This document shows positions 8,810-18,260 of a stretch of DNA of 64,000 nucleotides, piece after piece (the stretch's first letter is position 1; each line of letters starts with the position of its first letter). The translations under genes and the position numbers were made by a program. Source of the DNA: a virus; the IMG/VR virus record IMGVR_UViG_3300018915_000002, one strand, 5' to 3'. The notes beneath the pieces were generated by a model, which saw only the letters and a program-made list of their open reading frames with translations, made no database searches and had not been told where the DNA came from.

Positions 8810-9883
8810 ATGATGGACTTCATGCCCCACGGGGCTTGCTATCTCTGGGACGGAAAAATCATACTACTACACGTAGTTAGTGATGCTGGCATTGCTTTAG
8901 CGTATTTGTGCCTTCCGTTACTGCTTTGGCACTTTTCCCGGAAACGCAAAGACATCCCGTTTTCCTGGCTCTTCGCCATGTTTGGTGCATTTATTCTGAG
9001 TTGCGGCTCAACGCATCTTATGGGTATTTGGACATTGTGGCATCCCAGTTATTTGGCGGATGGATTACTCAAATTGGCGACAGCGGTAATCAGCCTAATG
9101 ACTGCGATCGCCCTTTTCACCCATCTGCCTGAGGTAATTGCCCTACCCTCTCCCTCTCAGATGTCCGAAAAGGAGCAACAACTGGAGGCGGCTTTGAAGA
9201 AGGAGCGGGAAATTAATGAATTTCGTCGGCGTATTGTCTCTACAGTGGCGCATGAGTATCGAACCCCACTAACGTCTATCCTCTCCTCTGCTGAACTGGT
9301 AGAGCGCTATCCAACTGGCAAGCGCTCAGTCCAGCACTTTGAAAATATTAGGAGAAAAATCACCTACCTTTCCAAGCTAATTGATGATGCCCTGATTCTA
9401 GATAAAGCTGAATCCGGGAGGTTGGAATTTCAACCTACTGAAATCGACGCAATTTCATGGTGTAGCGAGGTTCTTGCGGAATTAGATTGGGGAAAGCACA
9501 CGTTGCAGCTCAGTGCATTAGATGAGGCAGTAGGCTTATTCGATTTACGACTACTCAATGCCCTAGTTACCAATCTGGTGTACAACGCTTGTAAGTATTC
9601 CGATCCGGAATCTATTGTTTATGTTCGGCTACAAAGGGGTAACGAATCATTTATTTTGGAAGTTGAAGATCAGGGGATTGGCATTCCACTTGAGGATATT
9701 CCCCGCATTTTTGAATCTTACTTTCGAGCAGCCAATGTTGATTCTGCCCCTGGCACTGGTGTTGGACTTTCTATTGTGCAAGGATGTGTTAATCTCCACG
9801 ACGGCACTATCTCTGTTGTGAGCGAAGTGGGAGTTGGTACAACCTTTCGGGTTGTTTTGCCCCTGCGCCACGGAACTCCGTGA
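8810..9883 (+). CDS. Histidine kinase with ethylene-receptor-like 3-TM sensor
   Basis: FMPHG-CYLW, SDAGIALAY, AFILSCGSTH; H-box AHEYRTPL; N/G1/F/G2 boxes. Confidence 0.9.
   Translation: MMDFMPHGACYLWDGKIILLHVVSDAGIALAYLCLPLLLWHFSRKRKDIPFSWLFAMFGAFILSCGSTHLMGIWTLWHPSYLADGLLKLATAVISLMTAIALFTHLPEVIALPSPSQMSEKEQQLEAALKKEREINEFRRRIVSTVAHEYRTPLTSILSSAELVERYPTGKRSVQHFENIRRKITYLSKLIDDALILDKAESGRLEFQPTEIDAISWCSEVLAELDWGKHTLQLSALDEAVGLFDLRLLNALVTNLVYNACKYSDPESIVYVRLQRGNESFILEVEDQGIGIPLEDIPRIFESYFRAANVDSAPGTGVGLSIVQGCVNLHDGTISVVSEVGVGTTFRVVLPLRHGTP
9869..9882. repeat. Palindrome CACGGA-AC-TCCGTG
   Basis: Exact copy; overlaps the kinase TGA stop. Confidence 0.95.
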
Positions 9884-9929
9884 TAACGATTGCGTTACAA
9901 TAGAGGCAAGAGTTTTTCGGAAAATTGAA

Positions 9930-10811
9930 ATGTTCAAAAAAGCGACCAGAGAAAACCTTTTTCTGAAGATTGCATTGGTCGGTTCTCCAGGTAGCGGAAA
10001 GACCTTTTCCGCTTTGGCGATTGCAAGTCAATTCACAGATAAAATTGCTGTAATTGACACTGAGCGTGGTAGTTCACGTTTATATTCAAATCAGTTTGAC
10101 TTTGACATGTGTGAACTAACAGAACATAAACCGTTCAATTATGTTGAGGCAGTAAATGCTGCTCTAGAGATGGGATATGGAGCAATCATTATTGATAGCT
10201 TGTCTCACGCTTGGTTCGCTGAATTAGAGATGATTCAGGGGCGAAACACGTTTGCGGCTTGGGCGAAAGTTAGACCACAAGAAAGGGTATTAATTGAAAC
10301 CATCATCTCTGCCAAATCCCACATCATTGTAACGATGAGGGAAAAAACTGAATGGGACACATCTCAAAAAGATGAAGCGGGAAAGGTAAAGCCAGTCAAA
10401 GTTGGAACCAAAGCTATCCAAGCCGTCGGGATTGAGTACGAGTTTGATATCGTTGGACGAATCAACCAAGAACACGTATTAGCGATTACGAAAACTCGTT
10501 TTCCTGCGATCGCTAACCGCTCGTTCCCAAATCCCGGTAAGGCATTGGCTACAGAACTAAAAATTTCGATGGGGCTAGAGCAACCCTCTGTCGCTCCCAG
10601 CTTAATTCGATCAGATCAGCCAATTGATCCGACACAAGCCAATGAACAAATAATGGAGGAACTAAAGCGCATTGGCTGGTCAAAACAGGATGCCCAAGCA
10701 TACCTGGATCGGGTTTATAAAAAGACTTCGCGATCACATCTTACTGAGGCAGAACTACTGGAGTTTCTGTCCCACCTTCAGAGCCAACCGGAAAGCACGG
10801 CTCCTGTTTAA
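9930..10811 (+). CDS. AAA_24/Sak4-like phage recombination ATPase
   Basis: GSPGSGKT, VIDTE, IIIDSLSH, EYEFD. Confidence 0.8.
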   Translation: MFKKATRENLFLKIALVGSPGSGKTFSALAIASQFTDKIAVIDTERGSSRLYSNQFDFDMCELTEHKPFNYVEAVNAALEMGYGAIIIDSLSHAWFAELEMIQGRNTFAAWAKVRPQERVLIETIISAKSHIIVTMREKTEWDTSQKDEAGKVKPVKVGTKAIQAVGIEYEFDIVGRINQEHVLAITKTRFPAIANRSFPNPGKALATELKISMGLEQPSVAPSLIRSDQPIDPTQANEQIMEELKRIGWSKQDAQAYLDRVYKKTSRSHLTEAELLEFLSHLQSQPESTAPV

Positions 10812-10823
10812 ATCTTTCCCATG

Positions 10824-10856
10824 AAAAAGCCGCACTCGTCTGAGTGCGGCTTTTTG
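10824..10856. terminator. Bidirectional terminator
   Basis: AAAAGCCGCACTC / GAGTGCGGCTTTT. Confidence 0.8.
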
Positions 10857-10867
10857 TTGCGTATGCC

Positions 10868-10881
10868 CACGGAACTCCGTG
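10868..10881. repeat. Palindrome CACGGA-AC-TCCGTG
   Basis: Exact copy, 2 nt from the stop at 10884. Confidence 0.95.
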
Positions 10882-10883
10882 GT

Positions 10884-11111
10884 TCAATGCTTGATGACAA
10901 AGGCAACACCATTAGGCATTCCATCTGGTGCCTCTGGATGGTGCTTCAATTCGCTTAGAGCCTCATCAAAGTGCTTGGCACAGCAAAATAGTTCGCCTGC
11001 GACATCTAAGGGAATGTCTCTAGTTTTTACGCCTTCGAGTACTTCTTGGATATTGGCAAGGTTGGCTACCCTTGTTTCTTCGATTTTTGCTACTAATTCT
11101 GGCTTGTTCAT
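10884..11111 (-). CDS. Hypothetical protein
   Basis: GGAGGCAAAAAT-ATG leader. Confidence 0.6.
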   Translation of the reverse strand: MNKPELVAKIEETRVANLANIQEVLEGVKTRDIPLDVAGELFCCAKHFDEALSELKHHPEAPDGMPNGVAFVIKH

Positions 11112-11257
11112 ATTTTTGCCTCCGGTTCATCTTAATATTAGCGCTTCATGCGATCGCTTGTCTCATTATAGTCTTCAGCTTGTTACAAGAACACAAAAAG
11201 AAACACCCATTCAAGGCTTGCCTTGAATGGGTGTTTGCATCCGGTGGGATTGCAATG

Positions 11258-11710
11258 TTATTGGAAGTATTCCTCAACTTCCTTAATGAATGCAGCCTTA
11301 TTGGCTGCGAATTCTCGTCCAATCTTCTCGAAATTAACGTTTTGTGTTGACATCGAGGTGAGATTTTGTGCTGCTGAAAGGCAAGCGGGTTTCCCTACTT
11401 TCTCAAGCGCTTCGCACACAAGTGGGTTGTAGTAGTGGTATTCGTTGACTACCCATGTCGGATAGCCGTTCCCACTGATTTGCCCGTAGAAAGCCTTCAG
11501 CATATAGGCGTTCCGCTCTGCTTCAGGCAGAGTCTTAAAAAACTCGACCTCTCTGACCCGCCAAGGGGTCTTAATCTTAGTCGGCGAAAGCTTCTCTTCT
11601 CTCCTCGCCGTCTCCCAAAACATCTGCCACTTCTCAGTAGCTACTTGAGCAAGATTCCAGAAATTGGAATCCTCTGTGAATCGGGACACAGAGATTGTTT
11701 GTGTTTTCAT
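11258..11710 (-). CDS. Hypothetical protein
   Basis: 150-aa ORF, GCTATAAT about 27 nt upstream. Confidence 0.65.
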   Translation of the reverse strand: MKTQTISVSRFTEDSNFWNLAQVATEKWQMFWETARREEKLSPTKIKTPWRVREVEFFKTLPEAERNAYMLKAFYGQISGNGYPTWVVNEYHYYNPLVCEALEKVGKPACLSAAQNLTSMSTQNVNFEKIGREFAANKAAFIKEVEEYFQ

Positions 11711-11807
11711 AATAAATAGCGAATGTTGCTATACTCATTATAGCCAAGTCTTGTTATAACATCAATGGTTTTGTTACAATCGTAATAGGTCAATTATTAG
11801 CAAAATC

Positions 11808-12338
11808 ATGACGCATTTAGATACGATCGCTGCCTCTTACCAATCTGTTATCAATCAGATGGTTGAACGACTTAAGGAAATTCTCAAGGAAACCCAAACG
11901 CCTATAGATGGACTTACAGCCCAAGAGATCATTTGCTCTGATGATTGTTCCATCTGGGAACCCTTCATCTCCTTGGCTCGAAATTACAGTTCTTGTCTCC
12001 AAGGCTTTGACGTAATTCCCAGTGAGGTTGAGCGAGAGTGCGTTGAGAGTGCGATCGCTCAGCACAGGAAACAGAGGGAGTTGAGTTATCTTTTAGACAA
12101 ACTATCGGATGAGTTAATAGAATTACAGCATGTAGACATCACTTTTGCCACAGAAGCTGCGGTGAAAAAACTCATTGATCTCTGGATTCAAGTTATCCGG
12201 GATGGGCGCGAAAACCATGATTTTCGCTTAGATACCGAGGTTACGGTGAAGGAAATAGAGACTTGGTCGAGCAAGGCTGATCCTGTCCTCAAAAAGTACA
12301 GCAACAGGATTGCTCGCCTGAACGAACAACTAGGTTAA
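11808..12338 (+). CDS. Hypothetical protein
   Basis: TGTTACAAT at 11772 and AGCAAAATC-ATG. Confidence 0.7.
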   Translation: MTHLDTIAASYQSVINQMVERLKEILKETQTPIDGLTAQEIICSDDCSIWEPFISLARNYSSCLQGFDVIPSEVERECVESAIAQHRKQRELSYLLDKLSDELIELQHVDITFATEAAVKKLIDLWIQVIRDGRENHDFRLDTEVTVKEIETWSSKADPVLKKYSNRIARLNEQLG

Positions 12339-12355
12339 GAGCCTACTAGCTATTG

Positions 12356-12387
12356 AGCGCACCACGGAGTTCCGTGGTGCGCTTTTT
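12356..12387 (+). terminator. Terminator built around the palindrome (CACGGA-GT-TCCGTG at 12363-12376)
   Basis: AGCGCAC-CACGGAGTTCCGTG-GTGCGCT-TTTT. Confidence 0.8.
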
Positions 12388-12484
12388 GTTTGTGAGATCA
12401 AACAGACTGTTCCAACACGGAGTATGTTGCAATACATTTAGATATGTTACAATACATTTTAGAACTGTTTAAAGCAAAAACAAA

Positions 12485-12994
12485 ATGAACAAATCATTTC
12501 CTGTTTTTAGTATTGATCGTGAAGACATCAAGAACTACGGATACGATGGAGATTCTCTGACTGACGAACAGATGCAAACAATCTCAGCCAAAATGGTTGA
12601 AGAAATGTTGGATGAAGGCACCTATTTGTATTGCATCGAAAATGGCTTCACAGTCTATGATGCGGCAATTGAAAGGGTACTTAAACGACTGCATAAAGAC
12701 AAAGTCTTAGAGTACAGGATTCATCTGATGCCAACAAATTCGACTATTGTAGTAAAAGATGTTGAACGCAGTCCAGACTTTCCGTTGATAGAAGCTGCAC
12801 TCAAAAACAAGTTGTTAGTCGTTATTCTTTGTGTCCAGCAGAATAATTGGGTTAAAGTCACTTATCATTCAGCCCACCGATATCCTACGAGTGCGGATGA
12901 AGCCGCCGATCCATCTGGAAGTGATTCTTCTGTCTGGGTAGAATTAATTTCTCCTATCGATTGGGCAAACTGGGATTACGACTGGCAGTGGTAA
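12485..12994 (+). CDS. Hypothetical protein
   Basis: Duplicated TGTTRCAAT promoter and AAAGCAAAA leader. Confidence 0.7.
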   Translation: MNKSFPVFSIDREDIKNYGYDGDSLTDEQMQTISAKMVEEMLDEGTYLYCIENGFTVYDAAIERVLKRLHKDKVLEYRIHLMPTNSTIVVKDVERSPDFPLIEAALKNKLLVVILCVQQNNWVKVTYHSAHRYPTSADEAADPSGSDSSVWVELISPIDWANWDYDWQW

Positions 12995-13067
12995 CCTAGT
13001 TCCTAATTAACAAAGCCGTCCCGGCGCATTATATGCATCGGAGCGGCTTTTTGTTTTGGGATTTTAT

Positions 13068-15635
13068 ATGGTTTCCTTAGAAAAACTCGCCCGTCCAGAT
13101 TTCGCTGAAGGCAGATTTACAGACCTCAATGAAGGTCGAATAATGGGAGGACTCCCAGCCGAGATCACCTCGCTCAATGATCCAGAAAAGCTTGGTCGTA
13201 TCCAGGTCTGTTGCCCACTTATTGACGACACTGCAAACCTGCCAAACGGGGATGACGGTTGGATTCAAGCGATCGAGCTGTTTACGAATAACGCCACCCC
13301 CGGTGGTAGTCATCGTCTCCTGCACGTCGGTAGCCAAGTAATTTTACTACCTATACTAGGTCATCCCAACCAAATGATATTGCTGGGGTGTATCCCAAAT
13401 CGAATTGATCGCCCCTCTCCAGAAGTTGATCGCGCAGAAGGTCTCTACGGTCACCATACCCAGAATGGGGTTTTCAAAATTCGCAATGACAAGGAGCAGT
13501 CAGAAATCAATGCCTTTCCGCACGGTGTTACCCAACACGTTTCCGGCGGTGGAGATATTACGCAGCAGACTAAAGAGGGTGCGAAGGTTCAACTCAAATC
13601 TGACGGCACTGTTAGAAATGAAAATCCAAAAAGTTCAACGACACTCGCCCCAGATGGAACAGTTGAAACGAGGAACGCCGCCTCCGGCACCAGTGTGCTG
13701 ACCAAGGACGGGAACTGGGAAATTAAATCCAAGAACCAAGCCTCCCTCAAACTGAACGATGGCGATGCCGTGATGGAAGGTCCCAAGTCTCAACTTTCCT
13801 CCCTCGTCTCCGGACTCAAGCAAAAACTCGCCGGTACACTGGGACAGGGTGAATCTCTTGTGCGCCAAATCGAAGGACTCAAAGATTCGATTGGCAGCAT
13901 GAGTATAGAGAATTTATTGACCGAGTTACCCGATGCGATCGCCTCTGTAGACTCGATCATCAAATCATTCCCCGATGTACTCGATACCCTCGACGAAATC
14001 AAGAAGTTTCCTGTCGAGGAATTGGGCGACTCTCTGATGGGACAGGCTACCCAGTTCCTTGATGCGGGATTAGGAGGCATTATCCCTGTGATCCAGGAGG
14101 TATTATCCAGTCCCGGTGGCATCGAGGAGAAGGTTAGTGAACTGGTAGAAAACTTAGGCTATACAGGGTCTGTACAAGAGCTTCGCGACATCTTAACCGG
14201 ACTAGACGGGATGCCCGATATCCAAATACAAGCAATATCAAGCCTTGTAGCGCCTGGAGGCTTTGAAGCATCGAAGAATATATTTGGTCTGGGCTTAGAG
14301 TCTACACTGTCTAAACTAGATCTAAACCTGAGCTATACAGGCTCTGTACAGGGTCTAAACGAGACCTCTACGAATACCTCTATTCAAGGTCTAATACAGG
14401 GGTTGACAAGTACTGGTCAAGATCTAGTGCAGGGCTATACAGGCTCTGTACAGGATCTAAACCTAGCAACTGTTGCCAATACATTGAATAAACTTGGTCT
14501 CTCGCTCGACAAAGATGATCTGAACCTCGCCGCGATACTCAACCCAACCTTCACACCCAACCCCACTACACAGTCGGGCAATATCGCCTCGCTTGCCACG
14601 GAGTTCCGTGGCGCTCAACAATTCCTGAACCAGTTGATTGAGCAGGAAATCCCCAGTCTCCTACCTGCACCCCTCAAGGATCTGTTTAGCAATGACGATG
14701 TGATGAACATTGTCCAACTAGCCCTAATCGGTGGGAACCCGATGGGAATGTTGCTGGGTCAATCCGCTTCAAAGCTGATTGGGGATTTAGCGCCAACGCT
14801 ATTAGAAGGAGTAGGGCTGGGAGGTGCGATCGCGCCCGTCCAGCAGTTGCTCGGTTCTCTCCAATCCGGAAACCTGGAAGGTGTAGGAAGCATCATCGAC
14901 ACGATCATCCCTGGTCTAGATCTTGATAAGGTCTTGTCAGGTGGTGTACAGGGGATTGTAGAGAATGTATTGCCCGATGCTCTTGGTGGAATAACGGGAG
15001 CATTGGGTGGACTCTTCGGCGGCGGAAAGAAGAAGGCTAACTTAGCGTTCAATGCGCTGAATGGGGCTGCCAAAGGTGGAACGATTCGCGCTACCAAAGA
15101 TAAGGTAGAAGCCGTAGCTGATTCCGCCCTGCCCACCGCAAAAATGGTGATCACTCGAAGTAAAGCCGCCCTTGTTGCTCAGACTGGACTCGCCGAGGTC
15201 TTCGCTGGTGGTGCAACAGCCGGGGTCTCAACTCCTTATGGTAGTTTTGGGTTTGGAGCAGGTGGCGGTAGCCTATTTAGTAAGGGTGCGATGGCGATGC
15301 GGATTGCCCAAGATATTGGTAAATCTGCGGGTCTGGTGCTACATCCAAAGTCAGGCGTTTCCTTGGCGAGTTTTGCTGACAGTGATTTTGATCCAGATAA
15401 ATCAGACGACTGGGATAGGAAAACCGCTGAGGTGACGATTGATGAGGGGAACGTGTACATCGCCTCTCATGGTAGTGACCATGATGGGATTGCTGTTACT
15501 CCGAATGGCGTTTACCTGGAAGGGTGGCACATTCGGGAATTGGTTAACAGGCTTTCTAGCCTAGAGACTTCCTTTGCTGGATTGTCTGTTCAGTCTGTAG
15601 TTGATGATATGGTGGGAGGTGCAATTTTGCCTTAG
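13068..15635 (+). CDS. Baseplate spike protein (gpV/gp5/VgrG-like) with long helical insertion
   Basis: DPEKLGRIQV OB-fold motif, beta-strand repeats, Gly-rich C-terminus. Confidence 0.75.
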   Translation: MVSLEKLARPDFAEGRFTDLNEGRIMGGLPAEITSLNDPEKLGRIQVCCPLIDDTANLPNGDDGWIQAIELFTNNATPGGSHRLLHVGSQVILLPILGHPNQMILLGCIPNRIDRPSPEVDRAEGLYGHHTQNGVFKIRNDKEQSEINAFPHGVTQHVSGGGDITQQTKEGAKVQLKSDGTVRNENPKSSTTLAPDGTVETRNAASGTSVLTKDGNWEIKSKNQASLKLNDGDAVMEGPKSQLSSLVSGLKQKLAGTLGQGESLVRQIEGLKDSIGSMSIENLLTELPDAIASVDSIIKSFPDVLDTLDEIKKFPVEELGDSLMGQATQFLDAGLGGIIPVIQEVLSSPGGIEEKVSELVENLGYTGSVQELRDILTGLDGMPDIQIQAISSLVAPGGFEASKNIFGLGLESTLSKLDLNLSYTGSVQGLNETSTNTSIQGLIQGLTSTGQDLVQGYTGSVQDLNLATVANTLNKLGLSLDKDDLNLAAILNPTFTPNPTTQSGNIASLATEFRGAQQFLNQLIEQEIPSLLPAPLKDLFSNDDVMNIVQLALIGGNPMGMLLGQSASKLIGDLAPTLLEGVGLGGAIAPVQQLLGSLQSGNLEGVGSIIDTIIPGLDLDKVLSGGVQGIVENVLPDALGGITGALGGLFGGGKKKANLAFNALNGAAKGGTIRATKDKVEAVADSALPTAKMVITRSKAALVAQTGLAEVFAGGATAGVSTPYGSFGFGAGGGSLFSKGAMAMRIAQDIGKSAGLVLHPKSGVSLASFADSDFDPDKSDDWDRKTAEVTIDEGNVYIASHGSDHDGIAVTPNGVYLEGWHIRELVNRLSSLETSFAGLSVQSVVDDMVGGAILP
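14597..14610. repeat. Palindrome CACGGA-GT-TCCGTG
   Basis: Exact copy inside a CDS, extended as GC...GC. Confidence 0.95.
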
Positions 15636-16165
15636 CTCGTCGGATTAAGGACTTCGATTAAAAAGTCCTGGTTCAGCATAAATTCATAAGCAACTGCCTC
15701 AACGCCCTCTCTCGTTCTTGGGGTAGTAATCGAGCAAAGTGCTTCTAGTTGAGAAGGGGAAATTAAACTCTCGTTACAGGGAGACAATTGATTCATCAAA
15801 TCAATCGCCAAAAGCTTGTTTTCCCTTCGATAACTATCTAATGCCTCAAATATTGAACCCGCCTTAAACTGAAGGTTGCTCCAGCATGTATCAGGGTCGA
15901 AGCTTATGGAATTGATCAGTATAGCTATTTTCAATCCAAAGGCTTTTAAAAACCATGCTGTGAACAATATTGAAGCCTCAGATATCCCAAAGATCCGTAT
16001 ATAAGAACACAACATCCAAAATGAGTAATAGCTAAGTGTCGGATCTAGATCCTCCAAGATTTCAATCAATTCCTGGGTTTTAGCGACGGAGATGTTCCCA
16101 TCTGGATCAAGCCATTCTTTAGTTTTATTTTCGATTTCTTCTCTTTTATGGGGGTCAGGTATCAT
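15632..16165 (-). CDS. Hypothetical protein
   Basis: 177-aa AT-rich ORF. Confidence 0.6.
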   Translation of the reverse strand: MIPDPHKREEIENKTKEWLDPDGNISVAKTQELIEILEDLDPTLSYYSFWMLCSYIRIFGISEASILFTAWFLKAFGLKIAILINSISFDPDTCWSNLQFKAGSIFEALDSYRRENKLLAIDLMNQLSPCNESLISPSQLEALCSITTPRTREGVEAVAYEFMLNQDFLIEVLNPTS

Positions 16166-16249
16166 TGCTTTCTACAACCTAAACTAAACTCAATTTACTG
16201 GCTCAAGATTTTTCTTCACTCTCACCAAAACTATCCTAGCTATAAGTGG

Positions 16250-16366
16250 CTAGTGGCAACAGACTCCAAAAGTTGTTAGTATAAAAGGTAACCTATACAA
16301 GTGAATAACGATTGCTAGCGCCATTCTATCGGTGGACCCGCTAGCGCTTGTGAAGGGCTTGTTCAT
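16250..16366 (-). CDS. 38-aa hydrophobic peptide, not in the ORF track
   Basis: TAAAGCAAAACC-ATG leader; MNKPFTSASGSTDRMALAIVIHLYRLPFILTTFGVCCH. Confidence 0.45.
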   Translation of the reverse strand: MNKPFTSASGSTDRMALAIVIHLYRLPFILTTFGVCCH

Positions 16367-16419
16367 GGTTTTGCTTTAAATTAACGAAGGCTGCTTCACT
16401 CTGTGAGGCAGCCTGTTTT

Positions 16420-16944
16420 TTAGCTTGTGAGTCTACTCTTCTTTGTCTTAACAGGTGCGATAGGGATTGTAACTTCTGCTTCGAGATGCGCGATCGCCTT
16501 CCTCGCATGAGCCACCATGTCTTCTATCTCTGCTTGGAACTCATCCACTTCATCCCCCTTCATTTTTTCTAACTCACGAACCATGTGAAGTAGGCGACAG
16601 CGCTTGACCCACGCTTGGGGATTGTCCTTGAAATCGTCTTGGGTCAATGTTTTAGTCCTAGGTACAAACATCCAGTCGTTTATTAACTGAGTCATTAATC
16701 GAGTGGAATCAACCTTTTTATGGAAGTAGTATTCGAGGTCTTCATACTCCCCATTAAAACTTCCGGTTTCTTGGCACTCTCCGTGGTCATTAATGATTTT
16801 CCAATTGAATGCCTTGGATAACTGATGGTAGTACTGCGACAGCTCCAACTTCCACCCAAAGTAGTATTGACTTTCTAAAGCCATTTCCGGTGGAGGGGAT
16901 GCGATCACAGGGGTGGCTACAGCAGGCAAAGGTAGTGTGTTCAT
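16420..16944 (-). CDS. Hypothetical protein
   Basis: Start reassigned to the ATG after GAAGCAAAACCA. Confidence 0.65.
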   Translation of the reverse strand: MNTLPLPAVATPVIASPPPEMALESQYYFGWKLELSQYYHQLSKAFNWKIINDHGECQETGSFNGEYEDLEYYFHKKVDSTRLMTQLINDWMFVPRTKTLTQDDFKDNPQAWVKRCRLLHMVRELEKMKGDEVDEFQAEIEDMVAHARKAIAHLEAEVTIPIAPVKTKKSRLTS

Positions 16945-16994
16945 TGGTTTTGCTTCGAGTTTACTCAATCCTAGCTCAGGATTCTGTTGCAAAA

Positions 16995-17040
16995 GAAAAA
17001 GAGGTGATCGCTTATTACTACAGGCGATCACCTCTTTTTT
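16995..17040. terminator. Intrinsic terminator downstream of the sigma gene
   Basis: AAAAAGAGGTGATCGC / GCGATCACCTCTTTTT. Confidence 0.75.
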
Positions 17041-17044
17041 GGGT

Positions 17045-17058
17045 CACGGAACTCCGTG
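17045..17058. repeat. Palindrome CACGGA-AC-TCCGTG
   Basis: Exact copy, 1 nt from the sigma stop. Confidence 0.95.
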
Positions 17059-17059
17059 T

Positions 17060-18025
17060 TCAGAAAACGTCAATCGACCGAATCTTCTTTCTCCTTGCAG
17101 TTGCTTGCAACCGCCTCAAAGCCTTTGCTTCGATTTGTCGAATCCGCTCACGGCTTAACTCTAGTTTGTCGCCGATTTGGGATAAACTCATGGGTTCTCC
17201 CTTTTCCCCATAGAATCGCAATCGGATAACCTCCTTTTCTCTCCCACTCAAAGAGGCGAGTAGTTCCGTTGCCGCGTCCTTTACGTCGGGCGAAACGTCG
17301 TCCTCTCCACGTCTATCAGGGATTAAATCGAGCAATTCGGTATCCTTCTCGTTGCCAATGTAGGTGGAAAGGGAGACGACGTTTCTGGCGTTTGCCAAAA
17401 TCTCTGCAATATCCTCCGGCTTCATCCCCATTTGGGCGGCTACTTCAGTTCTCCTGGGCGGTCTACCTAGCTGGTTTTCGAGTTCGCGAATTGTTTTTTT
17501 GATCTTATTGATCTTCTCTGTTACATGGATTGGGTTCCTAATCGGTCGTGCATCATTGGCGATCGCACGGGTGATTGCTTGCCGAATCCACCAGTAGGCG
17601 TAGGTTGAAAATTTATACCCTTTTTCAACGTCAAACTTTTCTGTTGCTCTCTGTAGCCCCATGTTTCCCTCTTGGATTAACTGAAGCAAATCCAGTCCCC
17701 TATTCTGGTACTTTTTGGCAACTGAAACCACCAGCCTTAGGTTGCTCTCAACCATTTTTTTCTTCGCCCGCAGCCCCCTTTCTAAAATCCGATTAAAGCT
17801 ATCGGGATCTATGTTTGCTGCCTTCCTCCACTCGTCCTGGGAGGGTTCTCGGTCAAGCGTCTCTTCTAGGCGATCGCGAATCTCCTCTAACTTGACCCGC
17901 TCGGTGACGAGTCTCGCTAGTTCAATTTCCTCATTCGGCTGTAGCAGTGGAATTCGCCCAATTTCACACAAATATTGGCGAACTCCATCAGTTGTTAATG
18001 GTTTTGCTTTCTTGGTAGCTGGCAT
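17060..18025 (-). CDS. RNA polymerase sigma-70 factor (cyanobacterial group 1/2-like)
   Basis: YLCEIGRIPLL, NLRLVVSVAKKY, KFSTYAYWWIRQAI, SRERIRQIE. Confidence 0.95.
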   Translation of the reverse strand: MPATKKAKPLTTDGVRQYLCEIGRIPLLQPNEEIELARLVTERVKLEEIRDRLEETLDREPSQDEWRKAANIDPDSFNRILERGLRAKKKMVESNLRLVVSVAKKYQNRGLDLLQLIQEGNMGLQRATEKFDVEKGYKFSTYAYWWIRQAITRAIANDARPIRNPIHVTEKINKIKKTIRELENQLGRPPRRTEVAAQMGMKPEDIAEILANARNVVSLSTYIGNEKDTELLDLIPDRRGEDDVSPDVKDAATELLASLSGREKEVIRLRFYGEKGEPMSLSQIGDKLELSRERIRQIEAKALRRLQATARRKKIRSIDVF

Positions 18026-18260
18026 GACTTTCTTGACTCGCCTTCTCGAACATCCTATCCCGGTTTGCCACAAAAAAGCGATCCGCATGTGGAGAATGCG
18101 AGTCGCTTGAGCCAGGGATACATCTCCCTGAATCATATATTTTTTTGCGGAAGAATACAAAAAAGCGATCGCAAGTGAACGATCGCTCAGCCAAGGTGAT
18201 CTACATTTGCAATCATGTTATCGTTTCTGTGGCTATTAAATGATTTACCCAAGCAAAACG

